A stretch of 64,000 bases of DNA from an uncultured virus (IMG/VR IMGVR_UViG_3300042398_000686) (IMGVR_UViG_3300042398_000686:1-64000), one strand, 5' to 3'; shown: positions 19,901 to 29,140, counted from the stretch's first letter. The notes: generated by a model from the sequence alone, not told the origin. Numbers and translations are program-made.

Positions 19901-21522
19901 GCGTCTAACCCTGAGTTTGGGTTTATTACTCCTGTTCTTGTACCATCACTTACTTCAAATTTGTAAGTTGGACTTGTTGTACCAATACCTACGTTACCAC
20001 TCTGCATTACTTTAACCTTACTAACCCAATTAGCATGAGATACTGTACCTGATGAGTAATATCCTATATCAACTAATGAAGCTCCACTAGTATAATCTCC
20101 AACAAGCCTAAGACCAGCATTTGATTGATCCATACCAATTCCACTCCAATCCCCATAAGTATTTATAAATAAAGGATTATTAGGAACACTATTACCAAAA
20201 GTTAATGCGAGGCCAGAACCTGCACCAGAAATATGTAATTTACCTCCAGGACTTGTTGTTCCAATACCTACGTTACCGTTTGGAAATATAACTTTACCTT
20301 GGGAACCAGCATTGTTAACAGCTAATTGTAATAAAGGTAAAGCCTCAACTTCAATTTCTAAACTTTTTCCAGCAGTGTAAAATGTATTTGAATAGTTTTG
20401 ATAAAATTGTGTTGTTCCGTAAGCAAATTTAGATAAATTTAAAAGTAAATCTTTTGTATTTGATTCAATTCCTCTAATTTCTAACTTACCATTTGGACTT
20501 GTCGTTCCAATACCTACGTCCCCACTACTAGAAATAAACATTCTAGTTGTTCCATTTGTTTCTAAAGCAAGTGGTTGATTGTCGTTTGTTCCTAATAATG
20601 CTGTTGTACCAAATGAATTTCCGTTTTGAATAAATGCATTTGTTGTACTGTTTAAGAATGATGCTGTTTGAGCAAAAGAAGCACTTATTACACTGTTAGA
20701 ACCAAATGGCCCAAATACGTTTGATCCTGTTACAAATGATGCTGTTTGTGCTGTTGAAGCAAATGAAGATGTTCCAAATAATGAACCTGTAAATACTCCT
20801 GTAAATGAGCCTGTAAATGAACCTGTGTTTGATAAGAATTGATCTACTCTATTTGCTGTTACTATTACTGAAGGAATACCTGGTACTACTCCAAATTCAG
20901 GTTCTGCGTGTAAGCGTACGTTAGCATCCGGTGAATACCACATTAATTGATAATAATCATTTGCAGCTGAATTAACAAAGAAATTCCATGCTGCTACATA
21001 ATGAGCTTCATTACCAACTAATTGTATCGATGTTGCAGTATCTGTTAAATTTGTTCCATTTTTTCTTAACCAAATCCATATTTCATCTGTACCACTATCT
21101 GTTTTATCTACTTGAGCAGAAAATTGTATATCATATACACCTGCATTTTCAGTCTTGATATAAGTGTTAAAAGGATTTGTTGATCCTGATATTGATACTC
21201 CATTTGTAATATCTGTCGTATTGAAAGACATTGAGCGAGCAGTACCTGCTACATTAGTTTGAGTTGTAGTATCGTAAAAACTACCGTAAGATCCTGTTGC
21301 TGTATTAAAGCCACCTCCACCACTAGTTGATGAAACTGTAACTTGACCTTTACCATTTGTTGGTGATAATGTTATGTTTGGTCCTGCTAATAATTGAGTT
21401 ACACCTCCATTAGAGGCAAATGAAGCGGTCCCAAATAAAGAACCTGTAATTCCGTTTGAAACATTAAGAGAATTTAAAGCAGCATTCGAGCCGCTAATTA
21501 TGACTTTTTTCCAACTAGGCAA
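16939..21522 (-). CDS. Long fibre protein with GNVGIGTTSP repeats
   Basis: About a dozen G(N/D)VGIGTT(S/N/T)P repeats; TTG start; C-terminal LYVSTTAG....AP.G.GDVVRIIGY domain. Confidence 0.85.
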   Translation of the reverse strand: MPSWKKVIISGSNAALNSLNVSNGITGSLFGTASFASNGGVTQLLAGPNITLSPTNGKGQVTVSSTSGGGGFNTATGSYGSFYDTTTQTNVAGTARSMSFNTTDITNGVSISGSTNPFNTYIKTENAGVYDIQFSAQVDKTDSGTDEIWIWLRKNGTNLTDTATSIQLVGNEAHYVAAWNFFVNSAANDYYQLMWYSPDANVRLHAEPEFGVVPGIPSVIVTANRVDQFLSNTGSFTGSFTGVFTGSLFGTSSFASTAQTASFVTGSNVFGPFGSNSVISASFAQTASFLNSTTNAFIQNGNSFGTTALLGTNDNQPLALETNGTTRMFISSSGDVGIGTTSPNGKLEIRGIESNTKDLLLNLSKFAYGTTQFYQNYSNTFYTAGKSLEIEVEALPLLQLAVNNAGSQGKVIFPNGNVGIGTTSPGGKLHISGAGSGLALTFGNSVPNNPLFINTYGDWSGIGMDQSNAGLRLVGDYTSGASLVDIGYYSSGTVSHANWVSKVKVMQSGNVGIGTTSPTYKFEVSDGTRTGVINPNSGLDAIFIGVTQSKPLIFGTGDTERMRITSAGNVLIGTTTDGGNRLEVVGTANNWAGSFTGNTTTGQSYGAIVRGGTNSSDVAFNVNNAANSTTYLNVRGDGNVGIGTTSPDAPLDIENTNATSIIYQRTGVSAKKWGFVSDNSNTYWSNITDNTLPFTLSNSGNVGIGTTGPSQKLDVSGSAYIAGNIILPQNPTGTTYGNGVSASPPYMINQGAGDNDAIRFYAESAATNQVSMVFEVNDDIETAGSEWIWRNKKTYGGYEATTPMRLSGAGELEVSKIVATSITGSLLGTASFAQTASFLNSTTNAFIQNGNSFGTTALLGTNDNQPLALETNGTTRMFISSSGDVGIGTTSSLGPLEVYRGNSGGLGGHIIVNNNGLAIGSSTALMFGDGPINGIRGAISTTTEDSPYYGQMDFKTGADIYSNLFTRMTIKGNGNVGIGTTSPSYKLDVLGDIGAYANGDNNGFIGTAGGTHILSLTRSTNNAKLAGYDGVIFYTNATTLAGGSERMRITSAGDVGIGTTSPNRLLTVAGTTSGLIALNASSYRNTTIGSDSVGNFIVYDDTASSYRMVINSSGNVGIGTTTPQRKLDVISGANNFVSVGIDAVAVGQWAGLHFGYAEGANNLYRKSAIVFERTDLTSNNAQGKVHILNGPQGNADSATLADSKLTIAENGNVGIGTTNPLYKLDVNGTGRFSSDLLTNARFGVGSTNINSRVFASAFSGELATAIFTTFDSAQGTQEAARFSTSDLTTGAVRIYPRVGVANFNGITVADSAVIVNATTKPILLGVQDGSAVQFTETDIRIGTNNSEKMRITSSGNVGIGISTPTLGTLQVNGNVFATSFTGSLQVTSSLSYNSSLSTSNVNGEIAYWGGGTVAAGTLYYYDSSGNWTAADADAESTSTGMLGIALAAGTASTVGILLRGHARFTGVSSFTGTTTVGAKLYVSTTAGAFSQTAPTGTGDVVRIIGYVQSTANDQIYFCPDTTWVTLL
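18850..20682. repeat. Direct repeat pair of ~186 bp (18850-19035 and 20497-20682) within the fibre gene
   Basis: Both copies encode ASFAQTASFLNSTTNAFIQNGNSFGTTALLGTNDNQPLALETNGTTRMFISSSGDVGIGTTS. Confidence 0.9.
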
Positions 21523-22231
21523 AATGACCTCCTTCCTTATTTAATAGTTTTGACCAAACAAAACCTCCAGATGTTTTATATTTTCCATTTACACATTGTG
21601 AAATAGAACTAGTTTTAATTTTTAACATATGAGATGCTTCTTTTATATTAGTCCATGTTTTTATAAAATTGCCTTTTAAATCATATTGATTTATAGGATT
21701 ATAATAAGGAGGTATTTTTTCTTTTTTAAATTTTTTAACTATATGTTTAGGAGACTCATTTATAGGATTATCTATATGTCTCCATTTAAACCCATATATA
21801 CTTTTTCTAATCCCTCTACAACATTCCGTAATGGCTGCTGGTGAATTTTTTCCAAAAAATTGGGAAGCTAAAGTAGCACTTTCCCATCTTTTTACAAGAT
21901 TTCCTTGTAAATCATATTGAAAAATAGGCTTTGATAATTTTAATATAGTTTCAGGTTGGTGTGAATGACCTCCCCAACCAGTTTCTTTTCTTATATTAGT
22001 AAGATTTTTATAACCAATTTGGTTACAAAATTGGGATTCTATTTCAAATGCTTTTTCTTCAGATATATTATTAATTAAAATAATAGATACAAACCCATGT
22101 TTATTAACTATTTCATTCCAGTATCTATTTCGAGAAGAAGAAGTAAAGGCTCTATTTCCTGTTCCTTTACCTATATAAAAACATTTTCCATCAGTTTTTT
22201 TAATGTGACTGTACACGTAAAAGTTATTCAT
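21515..22231 (-). mobile_element. Free-standing GIY-YIG homing endonuclease with two NUMOD1 domains
   Basis: FYVY...FYIGKG..RA; two PI.QYDL.GN..K.W....A....I..C..G......GF.W repeats. Confidence 0.85.
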
Positions 22232-22240
22232 ATTAAGTAG

Positions 22241-22294
22241 TATTATGATTGGTTACAGGATTGCCTGCCCACTTCCCATTAGGGATCTATAATA
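22241..22294 (-). ncRNA. Candidate structured leader RNA (three-way junction)
   Basis: UAUUAU-A-GAU / CCC-UAAU-GGG / UGG-GCAGG-CAAU-CCUGU-AA-CCA / AUC-AUAAUA; a GC-rich island between the ATATTTAT motif and the ATG. Confidence 0.5.
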
Positions 22295-22391
22295 TATAAT
22301 ATAAATATATGCGATCTAAACAAATAAAATATAAGAAGTATATTACCTCGCACCAATGTTGATACCATTGATGTAATGCATTTTATTTATG

Positions 22392-22628
22392 TTATTTTGT
22401 GGGTCTTTTGTTAATTTTTTGATCTTCTTTTATAGCGTCTTGAAGACTTTCCATTTTTTGAGTTTCTGCGTCTTGAAGCATACGTTTTACTTCTTCAATT
22501 TCTTGCTCTAATTTCATTTGTAGTGAAGCTACAAAACGAGCATCTCTACCTTGAATAGAAATAGGATCTAAAGCAGATCTTAAAAAGGTCAATTCATTAA
22601 AAGTAAGGTTGATTTCAAATAAATCCAT
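22392..22628 (-). CDS. Small coiled-coil protein (possible fibre chaperone)
   Basis: 78 aa helical ORF in the fibre cluster. Confidence 0.6.
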   Translation of the reverse strand: MDLFEINLTFNELTFLRSALDPISIQGRDARFVASLQMKLEQEIEEVKRMLQDAETQKMESLQDAIKEDQKINKRPTK

Positions 22629-22636
22629 AACTTATG

Positions 22637-22843
22637 TTATTTTGTTTGTTCTAAATATTGGTTTTGTAGTTTAATAACCATATTGTACAAAGGTTCTAGG
22701 TCTTCTCCAAGGAAAGTTGATCTTCTTATTAAAGAAAGTAAAATCTCTATCTCCTTCACATTTAATTGATTAGGAGATAGAGTATTTTCTATATTAGATG
22801 TAGTTTTGTCTTTTACAACTACGTTTTGTGCATTAAAGCTCAT
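22637..22843 (-). CDS. Small helical hypothetical protein
   Basis: ORF track 22637..22876; likely start at MSFNAQ (22843), which avoids overlap with the upstream gene. Confidence 0.6.
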   Translation of the reverse strand: MSFNAQNVVVKDKTTSNIENTLSPNQLNVKEIEILLSLIRRSTFLGEDLEPLYNMVIKLQNQYLEQTK

Positions 22844-22860
22844 AACAATTTTTTTATTTT

Positions 22861-23889
22861 TTATGAATATATCCAAATACTTTCGTCGCCACTTGATACG
22901 TAAATATTACCTACTGCGTTATATCTGGTTGCTGGTGTTGGTGTTGTTCCTGCTGCTGTTACAACGGCGGCCATATAAGCGTCTGGTGTAAATGCAGAGT
23001 TATTTGCTGTAAATGAACCTGTTACTGCCCATCTTGATGCTCCTGAATCCCATCCAAATAATTCACCAATGTTTTGTGTGTCTTGTTGTACTACAATACC
23101 ACCATCTCCAGTTGTATTCGAACCAGAAGCCATTAAGATAAATCTATCAGCTACTTCTAAGTTAGTTGTATTTTGGAAAGATGCTGTACCTTGTACTGTT
23201 AAGTTATTAGTTACAACTAAATTATTTGATATAGTTACGTTACCTCCAGCTGAAGTTACTGTTAAGTCTCCAGTTGTTGTAGTAATTGTATTATCATTTG
23301 TAACACCTACTGTAACATTACCTGCTGTTACACCTGCGAATGATGGACTATCTCCTGTTTCTAATCCTAAATCAATTGTAGAACCTGCTACACCATTTGT
23401 AGTAAGTAAAGCTTGACCTTGAGCTGGTGAAGATAAAACAGAAGATGATATTATATTTGCTGGTACTCCTGTTATTCCTGAATAGTTAATTTGAGATGAT
23501 CCTGATACTAATCCTGCTGGTAATTGAGCTGATCCTGAAAATACTCCTGAACCTGCTAATATAGTAGCTTGTGTAATACTTCCACCTAATGATACTGATG
23601 TACCTGCTATTGTGATAGCTGAATTGGCTAAACTATTGTTAGGTATAGCGGATAAACCAAATGTTAAAGTATCTGATCCAGCATTAGCTGTAATAGTTAA
23701 ACCTTGTCCTGACGAAGATGCAAAATTTAAACTTCCTGAAGGTGAATCTGCTAATAATAATGTACCGTCAAACGATGCTGTACTAAAAGCGTTAGGGGTT
23801 ATTAATGTACCTGCCGTTAAATAGTTTGCATCATTGTTTAGTTGAGAGACGTTACTACCGGATACAACGACTTTTTTCCAATTTGCCAT
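22861..23889 (-). CDS. Fibre/virion structural protein
   Basis: N-terminal MANWKKVVVSGS shared with the long fibre; NLTVQGT...NLEVADRFI motif. Confidence 0.7.
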   Translation of the reverse strand: MANWKKVVVSGSNVSQLNNDANYLTAGTLITPNAFSTASFDGTLLLADSPSGSLNFASSSGQGLTITANAGSDTLTFGLSAIPNNSLANSAITIAGTSVSLGGSITQATILAGSGVFSGSAQLPAGLVSGSSQINYSGITGVPANIISSSVLSSPAQGQALLTTNGVAGSTIDLGLETGDSPSFAGVTAGNVTVGVTNDNTITTTTGDLTVTSAGGNVTISNNLVVTNNLTVQGTASFQNTTNLEVADRFILMASGSNTTGDGGIVVQQDTQNIGELFGWDSGASRWAVTGSFTANNSAFTPDAYMAAVVTAAGTTPTPATRYNAVGNIYVSSGDESIWIYS

Positions 23890-23923
23890 TTTATATTGTT
23901 TTTATGTTGATAAATATTTATTT

Positions 23924-24529
23924 TTAATCGAGCCCTACAAAAAATGAATTAGAGGTAAAATACATTCCTCCATTTGGTGCCGGATTTGATAATTCTACAG
24001 ATTGAGTTGCTACTACTATAACACCACTTTGACTTACAGTCAATACATTTATGTTATTTTGATTTTGTATTAAAAATATAGTAGCAGCTGTGCTTTTTAT
24101 TGTTGCAGCTCCTTGAGCATTTATTAGAAATAATGATGTATTAGATTGATTTGTTACTCCAAATGAACCTGTTACATATACATCTGAGTTTCTACTAATA
24201 CTTCCATCAATAGATCCAGTCCATTTTGATATAGGTAAACCAGTTAATCCACTACCATCACCTATAAAAGAACCTGTAAATGATCCTGTGTTATATGATG
24301 AAGTAAAAGCATTAAATGATGAAGTAGAAACAAATGAGCTAGTAAATATACTAGGGTCACCTGCTGGTCCTGGAGATCCCTGAGGGCCAGGAGTATTGAT
24401 CTCAATTATTTTTACTATTTCTTGAGGTACAATAACAATATTACCATTGCTGTTATCAACATCAACGGTATTTATCGTGTTTTCTACATTAACACTATTA
24501 AAAGTATTGTTAACTTCAATTTGACTCAT
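23924..24529 (-). CDS. Virion structural protein with short collagen-like segment
   Basis: PGPQGSPGPAG; TGSF repeats. Confidence 0.65.
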   Translation of the reverse strand: MSQIEVNNTFNSVNVENTINTVDVDNSNGNIVIVPQEIVKIIEINTPGPQGSPGPAGDPSIFTSSFVSTSSFNAFTSSYNTGSFTGSFIGDGSGLTGLPISKWTGSIDGSISRNSDVYVTGSFGVTNQSNTSLFLINAQGAATIKSTAATIFLIQNQNNINVLTVSQSGVIVVATQSVELSNPAPNGGMYFTSNSFFVGLD

Positions 24530-24906
24530 TAACTAATTACAGTAACTTCTTTACTAAGTTTAACTTTACCTTCAAGGATTCTAGTAACCACAGGACAATC
24601 TCCACTTCCCGATATTATATCTAAGTCATATATTGCTGTGTCAAAATTAAACATAGAAGAAGTACAAGATGCAATGTATATTTCTATAGCTCCCGATGCA
24701 GCATTACTCATATTTAACCCAGTACCATCAGCATTAAGACTACTACTTAAGGTTACAATAGGTGCTGAACCATAAGTTAGCCTAATTTGCATTTTTGAAT
24801 TATATGTGGATAGATTGACAGGGACTCCAAACGAATCTTTGTATACTATTACAAAGTCTACGGTTGATCCTTGTTCAATTGTGAATGAATATTTACCTGC
24901 TGCCAT
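24529..24906 (-). CDS. Virion adaptor protein (BppU-N/Ig-like)
   Basis: YSFTIEQGST...PVNL..Y..KMQIR...YDLDI....V.RILEG.V pattern. Confidence 0.65.
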   Translation of the reverse strand: MAAGKYSFTIEQGSTVDFVIVYKDSFGVPVNLSTYNSKMQIRLTYGSAPIVTLSSSLNADGTGLNMSNAASGAIEIYIASCTSSMFNFDTAIYDLDIISGSGDCPVVTRILEGKVKLSKEVTVIS

Positions 24907-24948
24907 TTATTGTTAGAATTACTACCTATAAATATTAAAAAACCCTAA

Positions 24949-25641
24949 TTAATCTCTGAACTCTTGGTATACTTTCAATATTGGAGCTACTATGTCATGT
25001 CTGTGGTTTTGTTTTAAAGCAAATATTTTAAATCCAGCTACTTGTTCTTCAATTCTTGTTAAGAAAGAGAAACCAGTTTCTTTTTTTACTTTTAAATCAA
25101 TTTGAGCTAAGTCACCACAAATCACCATTTTAGAATTTTTACCAAGTCGTCCTAATACAGTTTCCATTTGATCTTGAGTAACGTTTTGTGCTTCATCTAC
25201 AATGACAAATGAATCAACAAATGTTCTACCTCTCATAAACGCGAATGGTACAATTTCTATATTACCACGTTCTAATTCTTTATCTACTTTATCTTTACCA
25301 TATAACATGTATAGATTGTGGTAGATTGGTGCTAACCATGGGTCCATTTTTTCTTTAAGATCGCCTGGTAAGAAACCTAATTCTTCTTTAGCAACTGTAG
25401 GTCTAGTAATTACTATTTTGTCTACTTCTTTATTAAACAACATATCAAGTGCCGCTTGAACAGCAACTAGGGTTTTACCTGAACCTGCCATTCCTTTTAA
25501 AACGACAACTGGGTTTTCAATGATAAGTGCTTTTGCTAATTTTTGTTCTTCATTTAATACTAAATTAAATTTTATAGGAGATTTGGGTTTTCTTTTTTCT
25601 TTAAACACTTTTTGTGCCTCTAATGTTCTATTATGATCCAT
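24949..25641 (-). CDS. phoH: PhoH-family ATPase
   Basis: GMAGSGKT Walker A, LGFLPGDL.EKMDPW, FMRGRTF, DEAQN, RLG..SK...GD..Q.D, HR. Confidence 0.95.
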   Translation of the reverse strand: MDHNRTLEAQKVFKEKRKPKSPIKFNLVLNEEQKLAKALIIENPVVVLKGMAGSGKTLVAVQAALDMLFNKEVDKIVITRPTVAKEELGFLPGDLKEKMDPWLAPIYHNLYMLYGKDKVDKELERGNIEIVPFAFMRGRTFVDSFVIVDEAQNVTQDQMETVLGRLGKNSKMVICGDLAQIDLKVKKETGFSFLTRIEEQVAGFKIFALKQNHRHDIVAPILKVYQEFRD

Positions 25642-25654
25642 ACTTAATTTTAAA

Positions 25655-26260
25655 TTAGTTATTATACTTCCAGATATATCCTCCGACTTTTTTATATTTT
25701 CCCGAGCATGCTCCCGAAATACTGGTTTTGTTAGTTTTGGTTTGTAAAGCTGCTTCTTTTATGCTAGTAAAAGTATTAAGTAAATTACCATCAATATCAT
25801 ATTGTAATACAGATTTTGATAATGATTTACTAATAATTTTACAAGTTTGAGAGGTATGGGTTTGACCTTTAAATGGTGATGGTTTATTCAAATGAGATTT
25901 GCTCATTTTTAAACGTGTTTCAGAAGTAATAATTTTACCTTTATGAGATTTACTTAAATTATTTTTCCAATTTTGGTCTTTGCTTCTTAAATATCGACCT
26001 TTTGAAGGTCCTCCTCCACCATTATTTTTATTATCTAATTTAAATTCCCAAGTTTTAAATAATTCTATATAAAATTTTTCCCAATATTTCCATTCAGAGT
26101 TAGGTACTTTATCTATTATAGTAAATTGTATTACATTTTTAGATTTTTTATGGGAATAAAATCTATGAGAAGGATTAACAGTTTTACCTATATATACTTT
26201 ATTATCTTCTAATTCTAATAAGTAAATAAAAACCTCATCAGTGTGATGGTTTGAACTCAT
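25655..26260 (-). mobile_element. GIY-YIG homing endonuclease with NUMOD3/NUMOD1 domains
   Basis: FIY.LEL....YIGKT.....RF..H; SKSHKGK..SETRLKMS; VLQYD.DGN....F.SI.EAA....I..AC.G.....GGY.W. Confidence 0.85.
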
Positions 26261-26291
26261 ATATATAACGTTTTAGTTTCGTATAAATATG

Positions 26292-26322
26292 AAAAAAAAG
26301 AGCCGAGCTTGCGCTCGACTCT
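26292..26322 (-). terminator. Rho-independent terminator after major capsid gene
   Basis: AGAGTCGAGC-GCAA-GCTCGGCTCT followed by a T-run. Confidence 0.85.
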
Positions 26323-26345
26323 AATTTTTACTAAGTAATTAGTTA

Positions 26346-28025
26346 TTAGTTAATACCTAATGCATTTAAACCGTTAACGAATACTTTACCGTAGAATTCA
26401 GGACGTACCATTTTCTTAGCGTAACGAGTCATAATACCTTTACGTGGTGTAAATGTTTCTGGATCGTATACTAATGGAGTCATTAATAACGGAACGTATG
26501 GAGCATAAACAGCACCTGATTCTAAGAATTGAGCACCTTTATAACCCATTAAAATTACGTTATCACTGAAGTAAGGGTTTACATATACTTTGTAACGAGA
26601 ATTTAAAGTACCAATTTTTTGGCTACCAAAGTTGAATACTTTATCTAATTCAGCACCTGCATCTGAAGCATATCCTGGAATTGATTGCATAATAGTTGCA
26701 ACCGCTGGAGATATTACTAAGAAGTTAGCTTGACCTCTAAGAGTTTTCTGTAAGATTTTGTTAGATACTGATTGTAATACTGTACCTAAAGTTGCGAACC
26801 AACCACCTTGTGTGTTATAGAAACCACCTGTTGTAGTTGAAGTTTGAACGAATGATGAACCATTCCAGATTTTGTTGTTTTCTGCTGACCAGTATCCTGT
26901 AGTAGCTGCCTCTTCAGTCAACATACCTAAGATTTCTAAGTCAATCTCCATAGCGATGTATTGAGATAATAATCCAGTTAATTCAGCTTCAGCATCGATG
27001 TTTTGGTAAGCATTTAAATCTTGAGCTAACTCAGGAGTCCATTGTGCTTTTAATTTTCTTGTTTTAGCAACAATAGCATCTGATTTCATTTGGATGTTTA
27101 CTGTTGGGATAACAATTTGGTTATCATCTAATGAGTTAGGTACTGATGTGTTAGTTCTATCTGCTTCGAAATCACCTCTTTGTGCAGGAGTTGTTTGTTT
27201 GCTGTAGAATAATACTGTAGTTGCTGCACCTACTGATGGAGCTGCGTTAGTAATGAATGTTAATGCAGTAGCACCTGATCCACTTGAGTAGTTAGTAAAC
27301 TGTTGTAATACGTTTGCTGGGTTAACACCTGAACCACTGATGATGAAAGCAGAAGCTGCTAAGAAATCAGGAAGATCTAAAGTTGCTAATTGAGCATCAG
27401 AAATACTTACTCTGTATAAAGTTGATGAAGTTCCAATGTAACGAGAATCGTAGTTTACGTATGGTGCTAATGAATCAGAAGCAGCAGTAGCATAAGATGC
27501 TGTAGTTACTGTTACAGAAGCAGAGAACTGGTTCATAGAGTAACCATATCTACCTTGACCGTAAAGACCACCTGTTGGGTTAACGTTTGTAATATCATAG
27601 TCAGTAGCTTGAACATCAGCTAATGAACCGTAAAGTGATTGTCCAGCTACGAATGGGTTTTTGTTATCACCATATTGAAAGTCTAAGTAGAATACAAGAC
27701 CAGAAGGCATAGCCATTGGTTGTACTGAAACGAAGTCTTTAGCTACGATTTCAGCGAATACTCTACGTACTAATGGTAATGCAATACCAGCCCAGTTTTC
27801 ACCTGTACCACCTAACATTGAATTTGTACCAGCAGTTACGTTAGTTTCAACAACTAACTGTTTTGCTTGGTTTTCAAGGATAACAGCCATATTGTTTTTC
27901 TCAATATCACTTGTTAATCCTTCAAGAAGTCCACTTTTAGCCCATTTGTTAGCTGTTTTTGCAGCTTCTGCTTGTTGGCTTTTCCATGGATTTACTCCTT
28001 CTAAAAGAGTGTTTAAATTTTCCAT
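26346..28025 (-). CDS. gp23: Major capsid protein (T4 gp23-like)
   Basis: ILENQA, LVRRVF, VSVQPM..PSGLVF, AKTRKLKA.WTPELAQDL, EIDLEI, YAPYVPL, F.P.KGIMTRYA. Confidence 0.97.
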   Translation of the reverse strand: MENLNTLLEGVNPWKSQQAEAAKTANKWAKSGLLEGLTSDIEKNNMAVILENQAKQLVVETNVTAGTNSMLGGTGENWAGIALPLVRRVFAEIVAKDFVSVQPMAMPSGLVFYLDFQYGDNKNPFVAGQSLYGSLADVQATDYDITNVNPTGGLYGQGRYGYSMNQFSASVTVTTASYATAASDSLAPYVNYDSRYIGTSSTLYRVSISDAQLATLDLPDFLAASAFIISGSGVNPANVLQQFTNYSSGSGATALTFITNAAPSVGAATTVLFYSKQTTPAQRGDFEADRTNTSVPNSLDDNQIVIPTVNIQMKSDAIVAKTRKLKAQWTPELAQDLNAYQNIDAEAELTGLLSQYIAMEIDLEILGMLTEEAATTGYWSAENNKIWNGSSFVQTSTTTGGFYNTQGGWFATLGTVLQSVSNKILQKTLRGQANFLVISPAVATIMQSIPGYASDAGAELDKVFNFGSQKIGTLNSRYKVYVNPYFSDNVILMGYKGAQFLESGAVYAPYVPLLMTPLVYDPETFTPRKGIMTRYAKKMVRPEFYGKVFVNGLNALGIN

Positions 28026-28048
28026 TTTTAAGAATAATTTTTAAATTT

Positions 28049-29140
28049 TTATTTAATATTTGCTAATTTTTGCATTCTAGTAACAAATTCGTTACTTTCT
28101 ACAATTGTTGGTTTTGCAGCTACACCAGCGGCTTTAGATGCAAATCCTAGTGACTCTTTGATTTGGCGTTTTTCTGTTCTAGCATTAAACGTTGTTGACA
28201 ATGATTCGTAAACAAGTTTAGCTTCTTTAGCAGATTCTGCTTTATCAAATGCTTTAATAACTGTTAATTTTTGAGATTCGTTTAAGTTTTTAGCTTTAAA
28301 GATTTTATTAACGTATAATAATTTAGCGTTTAACAAGTTAACTTCGTTAAGTTCTGAACGAAGAGTATTAACAGCTTCTAAAGCTAATTTTAAATCTTCT
28401 TCCATTTTTTTCTTTTTGTAGTCTTCAACTCCTTCTTCTTCAGCAGTGTCTTTTTTATCACCACGTTTAGCATTAGGAACATCTCCTTTATTACCGCCGT
28501 ATTTTTTACGTTCGTCTAAATCATCTTTTTCACCCATTAACTCAGCTAAGATTTCTTCTAAATCGAAATCTTCTTCAGCTCCGTCAACTGCCATTTCTGC
28601 GTCTCCCATGTCATCCATAGCATCTACAGCCATTTCGTCTTCGTAGCCTTCGCCATCGCCTGTTTCTTGTGAAATGATGTCTCTAATTAAACTTTCTAAC
28701 TCATCCATAGATAAGTCTTTAACTTCTTTGTCTTCCTCTTCGTCTTCTTTAGCATCGTCTGCTACGTCTTCAACTTCTTCTTCAGCTTCGATTTCTTCTT
28801 CGTCTTCTTCGCCTTTAGCTTCGTTTAATTCGTTTTCTAATTCTGCTAAGATTTCATCAAGGTCGATTTCATCTATAGAATTATCGCGATCAGCAAATTC
28901 TTCCTGAGTCTCTTCTTCCATAGGGATGTCATCCATCATGTTTTCTTTGGCCATCTTGTCTTTCATTTCGTCTAATTCCTCTTCATCGTCATATGCTTCT
29001 TGTAATTTAGTTTGAAACATAGATTGTAAACGTGGAGTAAACGCTTCTTCAAGAGCAAGTTTAGCTTGAGCTAAGGCTGTCTCACGTACAGTTTTAGCAT
29101 CAGCAATAGCCTCTTTTAAAAGTGCTTTTGTGTCTTTCAT
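28049..29140 (-). CDS. gp22: Prohead core scaffold protein (gp22-like)
   Basis: Highly acidic coiled coil with many LxE sites, directly upstream of the capsid gene; ends RMQKLANIK. Confidence 0.8.
   Translation of the reverse strand: MKDTKALLKEAIADAKTVRETALAQAKLALEEAFTPRLQSMFQTKLQEAYDDEEELDEMKDKMAKENMMDDIPMEEETQEEFADRDNSIDEIDLDEILAELENELNEAKGEEDEEEIEAEEEVEDVADDAKEDEEEDKEVKDLSMDELESLIRDIISQETGDGEGYEDEMAVDAMDDMGDAEMAVDGAEEDFDLEEILAELMGEKDDLDERKKYGGNKGDVPNAKRGDKKDTAEEEGVEDYKKKKMEEDLKLALEAVNTLRSELNEVNLLNAKLLYVNKIFKAKNLNESQKLTVIKAFDKAESAKEAKLVYESLSTTFNARTEKRQIKESLGFASKAAGVAAKPTIVESNEFVTRMQKLANIK

Noticed and set aside
21515..22231. Group I intron around the NUMOD1 endonuclease
   Set aside because: The ORF fills the whole interval, leaving no room for a P3-P7 core, and no conserved intron elements were recognised.
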